7,027 nucleotides of DNA from Octopus sinensis. Taxonomy: Eukaryota. Shown piece by piece: positions 5,861-7,027 of this stretch. The DNA lies in assembly GCF_006345805.1 (NCBI RefSeq), contig NW_021829074.1:1-7027 (forward strand). Direction: 5' to 3'. Every line of letters begins with the position of its first letter. Position 1 is the stretch's first letter. The position numbers and the translations under genes were made by a program. The notes under the pieces are model-generated. The model searched no databases and had not been told where the DNA came from. It saw nothing but the letters and a program-made list of their open reading frames with translations.

Positions 5861-6229
5861 CTATTCAGAAAGTAAAATAAAGAAACGAATATCAAAATAA
5901 AAACAAAAACAAAAATAAAATAAAATAGAATGAAACAGAATGAAGAAAAAAAATAAAACACGCCAAAATGAAAGATTATGGAAAGTGTCTTAAATTCAGA
6001 AAGACACGTTCCTCATTCTGTTGTAACACTGTTAAAGCTAAGAATAATTCTACCTACATAATACATTTAACATTTCCGCCATTTTAAAGTTGAACTCTGT
6101 ACTTGCCGTTTAACAGAATTGGAAAGGTTAGCAAACATTTGATGTTTAGATAGAGTTTTTTTTTTTCATGTGCTTCTCCGTGTGTGTGTGTGTGTGGTGT
6201 GTGTGGTTTGTTTGTTCTTGAAGTTTTCG

Positions 6230-6497
6230 TTGCTGCTGTTGTTGTTGTTGTTGTCGAAGGTGGCTGGAAACGTTGTGTTTTTTTTTTTGGTTGTGGTATA
6301 GTTTATTTAGATTTTTTGTATCGATGTTTGTGGGTATTTTTGTTGTTGATTTTGTCGCTGTTGTTGTTATCATTGTTATTGCTGTTGTTGTTGTTGTTGT
6401 CGCCGCTGTTGAGATTCTTGTTGGTGTCGCTGTCGTCGTCGTGATTATTATTATTATTGAGGTTGTTGTTGATGTTCCTGTTGTTATTGGTGTTGTA
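6230..6497. repeat. Degenerate (GTT/GCT/ATT/GTC)n trinucleotide field
   Basis: Direct reading. It produces the poly-V/T/N/L ORFs. A similar tract lies at about 6675-6770. Confidence 0.9.
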
Positions 6498-6511
6498 GTG
6501 TATATAGAGAG

Positions 6512-6582
6512 AGATATGGACACACATATATAGATATATATGTACGTGTACACGTCAATATGTATACACACATACACATATA

Positions 6583-6629
<47 letters not shown>

Positions 6630-6644
6630 CATACCTAACATCCA
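6512..6644 (+). repeat. Dispersed direct repeat, copy 2 (partner 5425-5542)
   Basis: See copy 1. The offset is 1087 nt for the 53-nt core. Confidence 0.85.
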
Positions 6645-6956
6645 TGTATACATACATACAAACACTTTCGTCACTGTCGTGGTTGTTATTGTTATTGTTA
6701 ATGTTTTTGCTGTCTTTCTTTTGTTTGTGTTGCTGCCATTTTGGTTAATGTTGTTGTTGCTGTTTTTCTTGTAGTTTAACCCCAAACTGCCCCAAAACTG
6801 AACTCCACCGTCTATCATGAAATATAATTCCCCTGTTAAAATCCCGTCTCTGTTCGTAGCGTAGGTTGAAGCAGGGACGAGGAAGAAAAAATACGTCTGA
6901 AGAAAAAACACATTCAATAGTCTAGGGTAGATTGTACCCACACAACATATGCACGT

Positions 6957-7014
6957 GCGCAGGAGTGGCTCTGTGGTAAGTAACTTGCTTACCAATCACA
7001 TGGTTCCGGGTTCA
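6957..7014 (+). mobile_element. 5' tRNA-like head of SINE family 1, broken in the B box
   Basis: gcgcaggagtggctctgtggtaagtaacttgcttaccaatcacatggttccgggttca is near-identical to 2368-2426. Confidence 0.88.
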
Positions 7015-7027
7015 TGGTTCCGAGCAG

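Noticed and set aside
6117-6126. Possible 10-nt microexon (tttaacag/AATTGGAAAG/gttagc)
   Set aside because: It is not frame-preserving, and such matches are expected by chance in AT-rich DNA.
5313-6774. Many 60-143 aa ORFs (YIYI, HTHT, poly-V/T/N/L)
   Set aside because: They are translations of di-, tri- and tetranucleotide microsatellites that lack stop codons.
6555-6995. 146-aa minus-strand ORF, and strong acceptor-like sites near 6858 (+) and 6897 (-)
   Set aside because: It starts in a SINE head and ends in microsatellites. The unique middle gives no recognisable protein and no convincing donor.

Overview
AT-rich, microsatellite-dense eukaryotic non-coding DNA with no intact protein-coding gene. 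The SINE types suggest an octopod cephalopod (inference from recalled octopus repeat families, not a database search). The window is a stack of mobile-element debris: six pieces of one tRNA-derived SINE family (one near full length, 2367-2768), two copies of a second tRNA-derived SINE (one with a 12-bp TSD), and decayed fragments of a Tc1-like transposase, a mariner-type transposase with its right TIR, an RTE-like LINE RT and an R4/Dong-like RLE domain. The most interesting signal is a set of non-canonical minimal type I hammerhead-ribozyme-like motifs in short (TA)n-anchored elements. One family occurs twice (702-743 and 1755-1796, minus strand; core CUGUNGA). A second family forms a 73-bp-arm foldback with one motif per arm (377-536). 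A degenerate ~195-bp tandem array (4370-5036) also carries a CUGAUGA...GAA(G/A) half-core in each unit. Nearly all supplied ORFs are microsatellite or repeat artefacts. All ribozyme calls are hand-folded and untested.
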